DNA from: Minisyncoccota bacterium
GTDB taxonomy: Bacteria; Patescibacteriota; Minisyncoccia; Phycocordibacterales; CSBR16-193
Direction: 5' to 3'
Length of the DNA stretch: 55,968 bases
Assembly: GCA_040880645.1 (NCBI GenBank)
Contig: JBBDHZ010000292.1
Span: 1 to 55,968, forward strand
Of the stretch, positions 1 through 8,629 are shown piece after piece. Below the pieces are notes generated by a model. The model searched no databases, had not been told where the DNA came from, and worked only from the letters and a program-made list of their open reading frames with translations. Numbering within the stretch: the first letter of the stretch is position 1; every line of letters begins with the position of its first letter. A program made the position numbers and the translations under genes.

Positions 1-395
1 CGCACGAGGGGCATTTGTGCACGTACATATGTTTGTAGCCCGGGCCGGCGTATCGCGGGCCGATCCACGCCGCCCAAAGAATCTTCACGAACCAATCAAT
101 CATCCTCACCACATCTATCATCTCGCACCTCCTTCACAAGTCCTTCACAAGTACTGGTACCGTCGATACCTCCGCGGCACGACGAGTACTGAATAATACA
201 CCGGTAAAACTATACACTTGTTATATAACGTTGTCAATTGCGAGAAGCGCCACCTATTCCTGGACGTATGCAGTACACGCGCCTCTATTTGTACCCTAGG
301 CTCATCTCCTCGCCGAGATACTCAGTCCCTCCTCACCTTTTTTGGCAATCACGCCCCCCTTCGACGACACACACTGCCCGCTGTATACTACATTT

Positions 396-1367
396 ATGCC
401 CGAACTTCCCGAAGTACACACCACCGCAACTCAACTCAAAAACGAAGTGCTCGGGAAAACCATTACCGCTGTCTGGTCGGATTTTCACATCAGGGCCGTG
501 CCTAAAAAAGGCCAGCTCAAGGACCCGGACTTCTACACCGAATTTGCCGCCGCCGTAACCGGCGCAACCGTCACCGGTGTTGACCGCCGGGGCAAGAATA
601 TCTTGCTCCACCTTAACCCTTCGACAGGCTCGGAGCAGACCACCGGCACGACCGTGCTGATCCATCTGAAACTGACGGGGCACCTGCTTGTCGGCAGCTA
701 CCAAAAAAACGAACGCCCCGACCAAGCCGATCTTCCGGAAAACTGGCGGGAAGAACCCTGGATTCCGATCGCCGAGAAAAGCTCGCCGCTTTGGGATCCG
801 TACAACCGTTTTATTCATTTGATCTTTTGTTTTAACGACGGGACACACCTCGCCCTCTCGGATATGCGCCGGTTCGCCAAAGTGCTCCTCCTCGGCACAG
901 ACGGTCTCGCTCGATCAAAAGAGCTGACATCGCTCGGGCCGGACCCCCGCACCCTTTCCCCGCTCGAATTCCAAGAACACATTCACTCAAAACGCTCGGG
1001 GCGGATCAAAACCGTTCTCTTGGATCAATCCGTTATCGCCGGGGTGGGCAACATTTACTCGGACGAGGCGCTCTTTGCGGCACGGATCCATCCGGAAACC
1101 GATGTAACCGCTCTAACCGACGAGCAACTAACCGACCTTCGCACGGCACTCAAAGCTGTTATAGACCGCGCGATCGAAACCGGCGGCGACTCGGACGGTG
1201 ATTACCGCGATCTGTACGGCAGGACCGGTACGTTTCAAAATTTTCACCACGTTTACCGCAAAACAGGCTCCCCCTGCCCCCGAACGGGATGTTCTGATAC
1301 AATAGAACGTATCGTTGTTGGCGGCAGAAGTGCTCATTTTTGCCCGCTCTGCCAGACACCCGCCTAA
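396..1367 (+). CDS. mutM: Formamidopyrimidine-DNA glycosylase (Fpg/MutM)
   Basis: N-terminal MPELPEV, RRGK, LLDQSVIAGVGNIYSDEALF (H2TH) and a C-terminal CPR..C/CPLCQ zinc finger. Start set at ATG 396. Confidence 0.96.
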   Translation: MPELPEVHTTATQLKNEVLGKTITAVWSDFHIRAVPKKGQLKDPDFYTEFAAAVTGATVTGVDRRGKNILLHLNPSTGSEQTTGTTVLIHLKLTGHLLVGSYQKNERPDQADLPENWREEPWIPIAEKSSPLWDPYNRFIHLIFCFNDGTHLALSDMRRFAKVLLLGTDGLARSKELTSLGPDPRTLSPLEFQEHIHSKRSGRIKTVLLDQSVIAGVGNIYSDEALFAARIHPETDVTALTDEQLTDLRTALKAVIDRAIETGGDSDGDYRDLYGRTGTFQNFHHVYRKTGSPCPRTGCSDTIERIVVGGRSAHFCPLCQTPA

Positions 1368-1376
1368 CCACCGTAT

Positions 1377-1961
1377 ATGCTCCCCGCCTGGACAAGTAAT
1401 TATTTTTTCGCCGCGCTTTTTGTCGGTATGTTGACCGCCGGCGAGATTGTGCTCATCCCCGGTGTCTACCTCGGCTATATCAGCAACCTCGGCCTGCTCT
1501 CGATCCTCGGCGTGGCCCTGCTTGGCTCGATCGCCTCCGACACCTTTTGGTACTGCGCCGGCCGGTGCTTTCCGCACAAAAGCCTAAAAAAGAGCACCCT
1601 TATCAAGCGAGAAATGGAACGCGCGAAAAAACTGCGTCCGTTCTACGACAAACACAAACTGCGAATGATCTTTTACTCTAAGTTCCTGTTCGGCACAACC
1701 GTGTTCTTCCAAGTGTTGGCGGGGGCAAATCACGTCCCGTACCGCCACTATCTCCTCGCCAGCACCGGCGCGACGATTGTCTGGTTTTTGATCGCTACGG
1801 TGTTCGGCGTCGTCCTTGGTACGAGCGTTGGCGCACTCAGCGACATTGTTATCGGTATTGAAATTATTGCTAGCATCACTCTGGCCACGGTCATCCTCAC
1901 CTACGCCGCCGTCTACTGGCACCTCAAGCGAAAGCTCTCGTACTCCAGAGCCTCCCGTTAG
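1377..1961 (+). CDS. DedA/VTT-family membrane protein
   Basis: Hydrophobic helices, G..ASDTFWYCAGR and SKFLFG (DedA RF.PG-like) motifs. Confidence 0.8.
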   Translation: MLPAWTSNYFFAALFVGMLTAGEIVLIPGVYLGYISNLGLLSILGVALLGSIASDTFWYCAGRCFPHKSLKKSTLIKREMERAKKLRPFYDKHKLRMIFYSKFLFGTTVFFQVLAGANHVPYRHYLLASTGATIVWFLIATVFGVVLGTSVGALSDIVIGIEIIASITLATVILTYAAVYWHLKRKLSYSRASR

Positions 1962-2425
1962 CAGCGACCGCAGAAGAGCACAATGCCGGCAGCGACCGCT
2001 ACGTTCAACGACTCTTTCGTGCCGTGCATCGGTATCTCAACAAGCTCATTACACCGATCACGCAGCTGAGAAGAAAGCCCGTGCACTTCGTTGCCCAGTA
2101 TCCAGCAAACGCGCTCCGGTATCGAAAAATCCCTCAACGCACCGGCGCGTTCGTCTTGCTCCACGCCCACGATTTGGATTCTGTTCGTCTTGAGGCGGCT
2201 GATCACCGTCGCGGGCTGCCGCGAATACTCCCACGACACCGTCTGCTCTGCGCCGAGTGCGGTCTTGGCGATATCCTTTCGCGCCCGTCCGTGGCGATCG
2301 ATCGGGGTCGGAGTATAACCGGTCAGAAATATCTTTTCGACCCCCGCCGCGTCTGCGGTGCGGAAGATCGAGCCGACGTTGTGCGCCGAGCGAATGTTGT
2401 GAAGTACGAGATAGGTTGTTGTCAT
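1958..2425 (-). CDS. SpoU/TrmH-family RNA methyltransferase
   Basis: HNVGSIFRTADAAG, LGNEVHGLS and IPMHGTKESLNVAVAAGI SPOUT motifs. Confidence 0.93.
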   Translation of the reverse strand: MTTTYLVLHNIRSAHNVGSIFRTADAAGVEKIFLTGYTPTPIDRHGRARKDIAKTALGAEQTVSWEYSRQPATVISRLKTNRIQIVGVEQDERAGALRDFSIPERVCWILGNEVHGLSSQLRDRCNELVEIPMHGTKESLNVAVAAGIVLFCGRC

Positions 2426-2483
2426 ACGTGTAATCTTGGAGAACGTGTAAAAGTATGATATAAATTATTCTTGTAAGCAACTA

Positions 2484-2555
2484 CCCCCTATAGCTCAACT
2501 GGTAGAGCATCGGACTTTTAATCCGGCGGACTAGGTTCGAGTCCTAGTGGGGGGA
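2484..2555 (+). tRNA. tRNA-Lys(UUU), no encoded CCA
   Basis: Cloverleaf: acceptor CCCCCTA/TGGGGGG, D arm GCTC-AACTGGTA-GAGC, anticodon arm TCGGA-CTTTTAA-TCCGG, T arm CTAGG-TTCGAGT-CCTAG, discriminator A. Confidence 0.9.
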
Positions 2556-2603
2556 CATGGTAGTATAACTTTAGTGAAATCGGTTCTTTTGAAAGGAAGT
2601 CTC

Positions 2604-2831
2604 ATGGATCGCGAGGAACGAGAAAGAGTACACGAGGTTCTTGATCGGCTTCACCGGGAGGGAATTAAAGCACCAGCGTCATCACCGAAATCTCGAAAAA
2701 TCCAAGGCAGCATCAAACACCGACAGTGTCCGCGGTGCGGCTCGATGCTTCGGAGATCACGCAGCGGCGTTGCGCGTTATCATTGCGCAAACCCTGACTG
2801 CGTCCAGGGGGCGGTCCGAAAACCGCGTTAG
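2604..2831 (+). CDS. Small hypothetical zinc-ribbon protein
   Basis: AAAGGAAG RBS before ATG 2604; CPRC...CANPDC; followed by a terminator. Confidence 0.65.
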   Translation: MDREERERVHEVLDRLHREGIKAPASSPKSRKIQGSIKHRQCPRCGSMLRRSRSGVARYHCANPDCVQGAVRKPR

Positions 2832-2861
2832 CACAACCAAAATAGAGGTAATTCCTCCCTT

Positions 2862-2892
2862 AAACGCCCAAACCTGCGGTTTGGGCGTTTTT
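2862..2892 (+). terminator. Intrinsic terminator
   Basis: AAACGCCCAAACC-TGC-GGTTTGGGCGTTT followed by T residues. Confidence 0.8.
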
Positions 2893-2990
2893 AATACAAA
2901 AAGCAATTACGTGAGCTCTTCACACAAGGGTGTTGCAGACGTTAGCATGATTCTTTACAATTGGGCTATTACTTACTAACCGATACAAAT

Positions 2991-3185
2991 ATGCCAGGAC
3001 CAGAAAGCAACCCGCTTGCTAAAATCGACACCGGTAACCCACTAGACCTTAAAGAAGCAGGTGTAGATCTTGTTGCCCGCAAGGTTTACCTTCAGGGATT
3101 ACTGGACAGCAATGACGGTTTCACGGATGAGGAGCGGCAGCGTATTCAGCGCCACATTCAAGACATTGAGAAGGATGCCGCGTAG
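2991..3185 (+). CDS. Small acidic hypothetical protein
   Basis: 64-aa ORF from ATG 2991 with a helical C-terminus, ending just before a strong terminator. Confidence 0.55.
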   Translation: MPGPESNPLAKIDTGNPLDLKEAGVDLVARKVYLQGLLDSNDGFTDEERQRIQRHIQDIEKDAA

Positions 3186-3206
3186 CATCAACACGCAAGC
3201 AAGAAG

Positions 3207-3247
3207 AAACCCCGCCCAGTTCCCTGGGCGGGGTTTTGTTTTTTTTC
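3207..3247. terminator. Bidirectional intrinsic terminator
   Basis: AAACCCCGCCCAG-TTCC-CTGGGCGGGGTTT with T tract, between convergent ORFs. Confidence 0.8.
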
Positions 3248-3253
3248 TCATCG

Positions 3254-3502
3254 TTACGATGATCTGATACCGAACAAGGCGGCGGCTCGAGGGCCCTTGG
3301 AGCAATTCGGGCACCCCTCCGGAAACTCAAGGATTGCGCCGACGTAGACCCCTTCTTCCAGCTTACTACGAAGGTAGTTTGCCGTCGCCGCAGAAATTCT
3401 CCTGAAAAAGATATCTTCGGGGACCTTGTACCGGCCACATTGCGACCGACACTGAACGAAAAAGGTGCGCTGCGTCTCTTGTTTTTTCGGGGTAGTGTTC
3501 AA
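3254..3502 (-). CDS. Small hypothetical Cys-motif (probable Zn-binding) protein
   Basis: AAAGGAAG RBS before TTG 3502; CRSQC ... CPNC motifs; converges on the terminator. Confidence 0.55.
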   Translation of the reverse strand: MNTTPKKQETQRTFFVQCRSQCGRYKVPEDIFFRRISAATANYLRSKLEEGVYVGAILEFPEGCPNCSKGPRAAALFGIRSS

Positions 3503-3596
3503 ATCTTCCTTTCTTTTGCCTCCTCTATGAACCAGATCAACCCCCTGAACAACTTCCTGTAGTTTACCACAATACCTCTTATTTGTAAATATCTTG

Positions 3597-4319
3597 CTAC
3601 ACCCCCAACACGAACTGCTCCAACTGAGTTTCGAGGGTGCCCTCGCCGCGGCGGGCGCGGTGGTAGCGCTCGACGAGATCGCTGAGCAGCGCGTACAGTT
3701 CTTCCTCCGAATAGTTGTTTGCAAATCCCCGAGCTTTTTTATACGGAAACTCTTTCATCCTCGCTTCTTTAGCCGAGGCCGCTTGCCGAGCGATCGCGAT
3801 CGCCTTGAGCTGCCAGAACAGCGTCCCGTTTATCTCCTCCGGCACCTTGTGTGCCCGGAGCAGCTTATGATACTCCACCCACAAAGCCTTGCGGTCACGC
3901 CTGCCGAGCGCGTCAGCAATGGCAAAGTTGTTGACCTCCTTTTTCACGGACCCTTTCTCGTTAACGGCCGAGAACTCCTCAACCTTTTCGGCGTGTTTCT
4001 CAAATTTCTTCAACGTCGTTTTCAAAATCGCATTCTCAACCAGAATAAAAACATTCTCCGACTCACCGAGCGATCGAGCAAACGCGGAGAGAGTCTCGCG
4101 TGCTTCGGGATCATCCAGCACCTGATCGATCACGACGATGAACTTCTGATCGAACAGTCCCTGCCCTCCGCAGAGCTCTTCCAGACGGCCCGGGGTAATA
4201 TCGCCCGCTTCCAGTTTAAAAAGCTCGGCGTTCGGCCGCTTCTTCTCGAGCCCCGCGAGAAGCTGGCGCAGTTTGGCGTTTCGTTTTTGATAGTCTGAAC
4301 CGTGAAGAATGTACAGCAT
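3597..4319 (-). CDS. holA: DNA polymerase III delta subunit (short CPR type)
   Basis: MLYILHGSD start, GLFDQKFIVVI, F.IADAL and LEQFVL C-terminus; directly downstream of polA. Confidence 0.75.
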   Translation of the reverse strand: MLYILHGSDYQKRNAKLRQLLAGLEKKRPNAELFKLEAGDITPGRLEELCGGQGLFDQKFIVVIDQVLDDPEARETLSAFARSLGESENVFILVENAILKTTLKKFEKHAEKVEEFSAVNEKGSVKKEVNNFAIADALGRRDRKALWVEYHKLLRAHKVPEEINGTLFWQLKAIAIARQAASAKEARMKEFPYKKARGFANNYSEEELYALLSDLVERYHRARRGEGTLETQLEQFVLGV

Positions 4320-4329
4320 ACACACTGAT

Positions 4330-6759
4330 CTACCCGTCCACCTCCTCCATCGCCCCCCAGTTTTTCCCGATCTCCGCCTCCGCCGCCAGGGGTACGCCGC
4401 TCGTCTCGTCTTCACTCATCACCGACTCCATCGCCCGCGCGATCAGCGACGTGATCTCGTTGACGTATTCTTCCGGCACTTCATACACAAGCTCGTCGTG
4501 CACCTGAAGAAGAAGATGGGTTTTCTTCTCGTCGTTACGCTCGCGGAGCGCGTCGTCAACCCGCTTCATCGCGATCTTCAGGATGTCCGCGGCCGTTCCC
4601 TGAATCGGCGCGTTGATCGCCATCCGCTCCGCCGCCGCTTTAACCTGCGGAAGGCGCGAGTCGAGCCCTTCAAAGTACCGACGGCGTCCGAAATACGTTT
4701 CGCTGTAGCCGTTGTGGTGAGCTTGTTCTTTCAGTGTTTCAAGATACTGAGCGAGCCCGCTGAATTTTTCGAAGTAACGAGTATAGAACTGCTGAGCTTC
4801 GGCCCGGTCTGTGCCGAGATTGGTCTTAAGCGCGTTCACGCCCATACCGTAGATAATGCCGAAGTTAATGACCTTGGCTTTCCGGCGCATCTCTTTGTCG
4901 ACCTTCTCGAGGGGAACCTCGAAGACCTCGGCCGCCACGGCGGTGTGAATGTCCTCGCGATCGGCAAAGGCCTTGATCAGCTTGTCGTCGCCTGAGAGAA
5001 AGGCCGCCACGCGAAGCTCGATCTGGGAGTAGTCGAGGGCGACGAGTGTGTATCCCTGCGGTGCTATGAAGGCGTTGCGGATATTTCGTCCCAGCTCGGT
5101 GCGGATCGGAATATTCTGCAGGTTCGGATTCTGTGACGCCATCCTGCCGGTGGTGGTACCGGCTTGAAGAAACTCAGCGTGAAGACGGCTCTGTTTGTCC
5201 AGCATCGGCGGGATCGCGTCGATGTACGTTCCGAGTAGTTTAGAAAGTTCACGGTGCTGAAGGATCAGATCGATGATCTCGTGCTCGCCCGAGAGTTTCT
5301 GCAATTCCGACTCGGCCGTCGAGCGGGCGCCGGTCGAGGTCTTGCGGTGATTTTTGGGTTTGAGACCCAGCTCGTCAAACAATACCTCCCCGAGCTGTTT
5401 AGGTGAGTTGATATTAAACTCCCGTCCCGCCAACGCGTGGATCTTCTGCTCGAACCGGTCGAGTTCGCCGTGATAGGTTTGAGAGAGTTTTTCCAGGTAC
5501 GCCCGATCAACCTTGATCCCGTGCTCGTGCATACCGCGCACGATTTCAATGATCGGCTTCTCGATCTCTTCGAACACCCGTTCGAGCCCGCTTTCCTTGA
5601 GCCGGCGAAACACCTCTGCCTGCGCCTCCGGAAACGTGGTTGTGTTCGTCTGCGACAGAATGTCTTCGAGTGCGGGCGAGGTGAGCGACGAGTTCACCAA
5701 CCACAGCGCGATCGCGGTCTCGGCGAGCTCCCGAGGGTCAATGTCGTCCGCGGAGACCTGAGCCCGTTCATCGTCCTCCGCCGCCGCCCGTGCTTTCTCG
5801 TCCTCACTTGCGATCACCTCACGCAGGCGCTGTTCAAGAGCACGGAATTCAAAGCGCTGAAACACCTCCCGGGTTTTTTCAAAATCAATGCTGTCGCGCC
5901 ACTCGCGGTCCGGCAGTTCAAACTCGATCGGCGCGTCGGTTCGAATGGTAGCGAGCATTTTGGAGAACTCGGCCTCGTCTTTGTTCTCCTCAAGCAACGT
6001 CTGAATGCGTTTTTTGATCCCGGCCTCGTCAAATTTCTCCGGTGTTTTTTTGAGTGCTTTATAAATCTTCTCGATCGAGCCGAACGCCTGGATTAGCTGG
6101 GTCGCGGTCTTTGCGCCGATCCCCTGAATGCCGGGGATGTTGTCCGAGGCATCGCCGGCCAACCCTTTGTAATCAGGCAAGAGCTCCGGACCGAACCCGA
6201 AACGCTGATTCACTCCGTCCTCGTCGTACATCACCGTATCCTGAATACCTCGCTTCATCGTGTACACCCGGACACGCGTGTCGTCCACCAACTGCAGCGT
6301 GTCCATATCGCCGGACGCGATCACGATAGCAACGTCCTTCTGCCCCTTGAACTGTTCGGCGATGGTACCGAGCAGGTCGTCCGCCTCAAACCCGACCGCT
6401 TCGTACGCGGGGATACCGAACGCCGCGAATATCTCGCGGGAGTTAATGATCTGGGCGACCAGTTCTTCGTCCGCCGCTTTGCGCCCCCCTTTGTACGCGT
6501 CGTACGCTTCGTGCCGATGGGTCGGCTCCGGCAGGTCGTAACAGGCGGCGATATAGTCCGGCTCCAGATCGCCGATAAGTTTAATGAGGATGGTCGAGAG
6601 TCCGTAGAGCGCGCCGGTCGGTTCTCCTTTCGCGGTCGCAAAAGCCGGCAAGGCGTGGTACCCGCGGTGAAGAATAGCGTGCGCGTCGAGCAGGACCAGG
6701 CGCTTTTTTTGCACTGTCGCTTTTTTTTCTTTGTGGGTTTGTTTCTTTTTGGAGGGCAT
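4330..6759 (-). CDS. polA: DNA polymerase I
   Basis: 5'-3' exonuclease (LLDAH, EADD, GDASDNIPG) and polymerase A motifs (DYSQIELR, KVINFGIIYG, QVHDEL). Confidence 0.97.
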   Translation of the reverse strand: MPSKKKQTHKEKKATVQKKRLVLLDAHAILHRGYHALPAFATAKGEPTGALYGLSTILIKLIGDLEPDYIAACYDLPEPTHRHEAYDAYKGGRKAADEELVAQIINSREIFAAFGIPAYEAVGFEADDLLGTIAEQFKGQKDVAIVIASGDMDTLQLVDDTRVRVYTMKRGIQDTVMYDEDGVNQRFGFGPELLPDYKGLAGDASDNIPGIQGIGAKTATQLIQAFGSIEKIYKALKKTPEKFDEAGIKKRIQTLLEENKDEAEFSKMLATIRTDAPIEFELPDREWRDSIDFEKTREVFQRFEFRALEQRLREVIASEDEKARAAAEDDERAQVSADDIDPRELAETAIALWLVNSSLTSPALEDILSQTNTTTFPEAQAEVFRRLKESGLERVFEEIEKPIIEIVRGMHEHGIKVDRAYLEKLSQTYHGELDRFEQKIHALAGREFNINSPKQLGEVLFDELGLKPKNHRKTSTGARSTAESELQKLSGEHEIIDLILQHRELSKLLGTYIDAIPPMLDKQSRLHAEFLQAGTTTGRMASQNPNLQNIPIRTELGRNIRNAFIAPQGYTLVALDYSQIELRVAAFLSGDDKLIKAFADREDIHTAVAAEVFEVPLEKVDKEMRRKAKVINFGIIYGMGVNALKTNLGTDRAEAQQFYTRYFEKFSGLAQYLETLKEQAHHNGYSETYFGRRRYFEGLDSRLPQVKAAAERMAINAPIQGTAADILKIAMKRVDDALRERNDEKKTHLLLQVHDELVYEVPEEYVNEITSLIARAMESVMSEDETSGVPLAAEAEIGKNWGAMEEVDG

Positions 6760-6765
6760 ACCACA

Positions 6766-7242
6766 TTAGGAATTACTCGTGACCCGCTTGATGCTCCGCT
6801 CTGATTCCCCGGTCACGGTGAACTCGAGCCAGATCGTAGTGGCGGGCAGTATTTCTCTCACCTTCTCCCCCCACTCTACCACGACCAGATTATTCGGGTC
6901 GGCGATCACGTCGCTCCAGCCGAGACGGGCGAGCTCATCCGCTGACTCGAGCCGATAGGCGTCGATATGGACCAGTCGGGTGAACGGGTACAGCTCACCC
7001 TGTTTGTCTTTGTCTCGCGGCAGATCATATACCTGCTCGATCACAAACGTCGGGCTCGTGATCGGACCGGTCACGCCCAGCGCCCGAGCCAGCGCCTGGG
7101 TGAACGTGGTTTTTCCGGCCCCCAGATCACCCACAAGCGCCACCACCGTTGCGCCCGCTCGTCCGGGCGCGGCGGTCGCGGCGATATCAGCAACAAAACG
7201 CTCAGCGAAGGTCTCTAGTTGTGTACGTGACACCTGCGTCAT
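6766..7242 (-). CDS. tsaE: tRNA threonylcarbamoyladenosine biosynthesis ATPase
   Basis: GDLGAGKTTF, SPTF, HIDAYRL and VEWG motifs. Confidence 0.95.
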   Translation of the reverse strand: MTQVSRTQLETFAERFVADIAATAAPGRAGATVVALVGDLGAGKTTFTQALARALGVTGPITSPTFVIEQVYDLPRDKDKQGELYPFTRLVHIDAYRLESADELARLGWSDVIADPNNLVVVEWGEKVREILPATTIWLEFTVTGESERSIKRVTSNS

Positions 7243-7365
7243 CGGCGTATTGTACCACGGATGACCCGAGCGCGATTCGTTGACAAAATTGGCAGACGTG
7301 ATATATTATATCCAGTCATTCCGGGTTCGTTTCAACACACTTTTTGAGTTTTGAGGAGGTGCAAA

Positions 7366-8130
7366 ATGCGCATGATTTTGTCTATCGTGACCGTCTTGTT
7401 GACGGTCGGGTTTGTTTCACTTGTTTCCGTCCAGCCCGCTCAGGCAAATGACATCAAGGACTGGCTCGGCGACGATGTCGGCGAAAAGGTCGTTGATGTG
7501 GTGATCGATGAGGTCCAGCGAGAGCGCGGGCACAAGCGCCGTAAAGACGACCGGAATAATCGCACCGACAACGCCAATCGTCGCGACGACAACCGGACGG
7601 ATAACAATATCCGTGAGCGCCACGCCCGGACGGATGACCAGATTCGGTACAACGACGCCCGGACAGTCAATCAAAACGACCGGGAGAACAACCGGGCGGA
7701 TAACTATATCCTTCGTGACGATGCCGTGACAAACAACGACATCAAACGGGAAAACAATCGCGCATCAAATGACAGCGACCGGAGTTCCCAGGAACACCAG
7801 CAAGGAATCGAGCGCGCACACGTTCAAGAGAACGTGGACCAGCCCGGAGAGTCAGAACCCTCTGCGGCGGTTGGTCAAAAATGGAAAGCTCGGTACCTAA
7901 AACACGCCCGTCAGGACCAAGCGACCCCTGCAGGAAATGCTTCGACCCCGTCGGGCACTCAAACGCCGAAACCGACCGGGGCCGTTCACTCAACGCCGGC
8001 ACCGGCCAAGACATACGCCAGCGAGGCGAATGTGATTCGCCGGCGCAGGATCGAGAATGTCCGCGCGGATGACTCACCCGAACCCTCGTCTCAGCAAGAC
8101 AGGATCGTCCCCTCTCATTGGGACGACTGA
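7366..8130 (+). CDS. Secreted hypothetical protein with 11-aa N/D/R-rich repeats
   Basis: GAGGAGGT RBS, signal peptide ending AQA, upstream TTGACA promoter-like site and downstream terminator. Confidence 0.8.
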   Translation: MRMILSIVTVLLTVGFVSLVSVQPAQANDIKDWLGDDVGEKVVDVVIDEVQRERGHKRRKDDRNNRTDNANRRDDNRTDNNIRERHARTDDQIRYNDARTVNQNDRENNRADNYILRDDAVTNNDIKRENNRASNDSDRSSQEHQQGIERAHVQENVDQPGESEPSAAVGQKWKARYLKHARQDQATPAGNASTPSGTQTPKPTGAVHSTPAPAKTYASEANVIRRRRIENVRADDSPEPSSQQDRIVPSHWDD

Positions 8131-8167
8131 TCGCTGAGGGAGGTTCACCCCACAAGCTCCTTTCGAT

Positions 8168-8203
8168 GCGGTCGTACCACTCCGGTGGTGCGGCCGTTTT
8201 TTT
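8168..8203 (+). terminator. Intrinsic terminator
   Basis: GCGGTCGTACCAC-TCCG-GTGGTGCGGCCGT followed by a T run. Confidence 0.8.
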
Positions 8204-8285
8204 ATACCTACCCGCCGCCGAACACACCAAACGCTTCTCTCACTACTTGAGAAACACGCAAGCATTTTAACGACCCCCGGACCAT

Positions 8286-8384
8286 CTCCGAGATAACTCC
8301 GAGTTAACTCGGAGTTATCTCGGGGTTACCTTGAAGTTATCTTGGAGCTATCTTGAAGACGCTTTGGAAACACCTCGGAGACCG
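8286..8384. repeat. Degenerate 11-bp tandem array containing a 36-bp perfect palindrome (8288-8323)
   Basis: CTCCGAGATAA CTCCGAGTTAA CTCGGAGTTAT CTCGGGGTTAC CTTGAAGTTAT CTTGGAGCTAT ... Confidence 0.85.
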
Positions 8385-8506
8385 TTCCTCGTCTCTCCCC
8401 CCACGACCCCCGAGCAAGCTGACCGGGCGAGTATCTTGTATCCGGCTATATTCGCGTGGTGCGGTGTGTATGTTTTAGAGTGGTTTGGGCTCTTTCGTCT
8501 TCTTGA

Positions 8507-8578
8507 GCAACGGGGCGTGTGTATTCTTAAGGTGGTTGGGCTCGGGTCTGGGCCTTAAGAATACACACGCCCCGTTGC
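8507..8578. repeat. Perfect 26-bp inverted repeat with a 20-bp spacer
   Basis: GCAACGGGGCGTGTGTATTCTTAAGG (8507-8532) and its reverse complement (8553-8578). Confidence 0.9.
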
Positions 8579-8629
8579 GGCCCCCTTTATTCATTGTTTC
8601 CATCCGCGTGGCACGCTATCATAAGAGAA

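Noticed and set aside
1-153. Possible minus-strand gene start (MYVHKCPSC) and an 11-bp direct repeat CCTTCACAAGT x2
   Set aside because: Too little sequence at the window edge to support either call.
8286-8384. Possible CRISPR array
   Set aside because: The units are contiguous 11-mers without unique spacers, and no cas genes are present.
8331-8558. 75-aa ORF across the repeat region
   Set aside because: It is derived from the repeat and inverted-repeat DNA and has no initiation signal.
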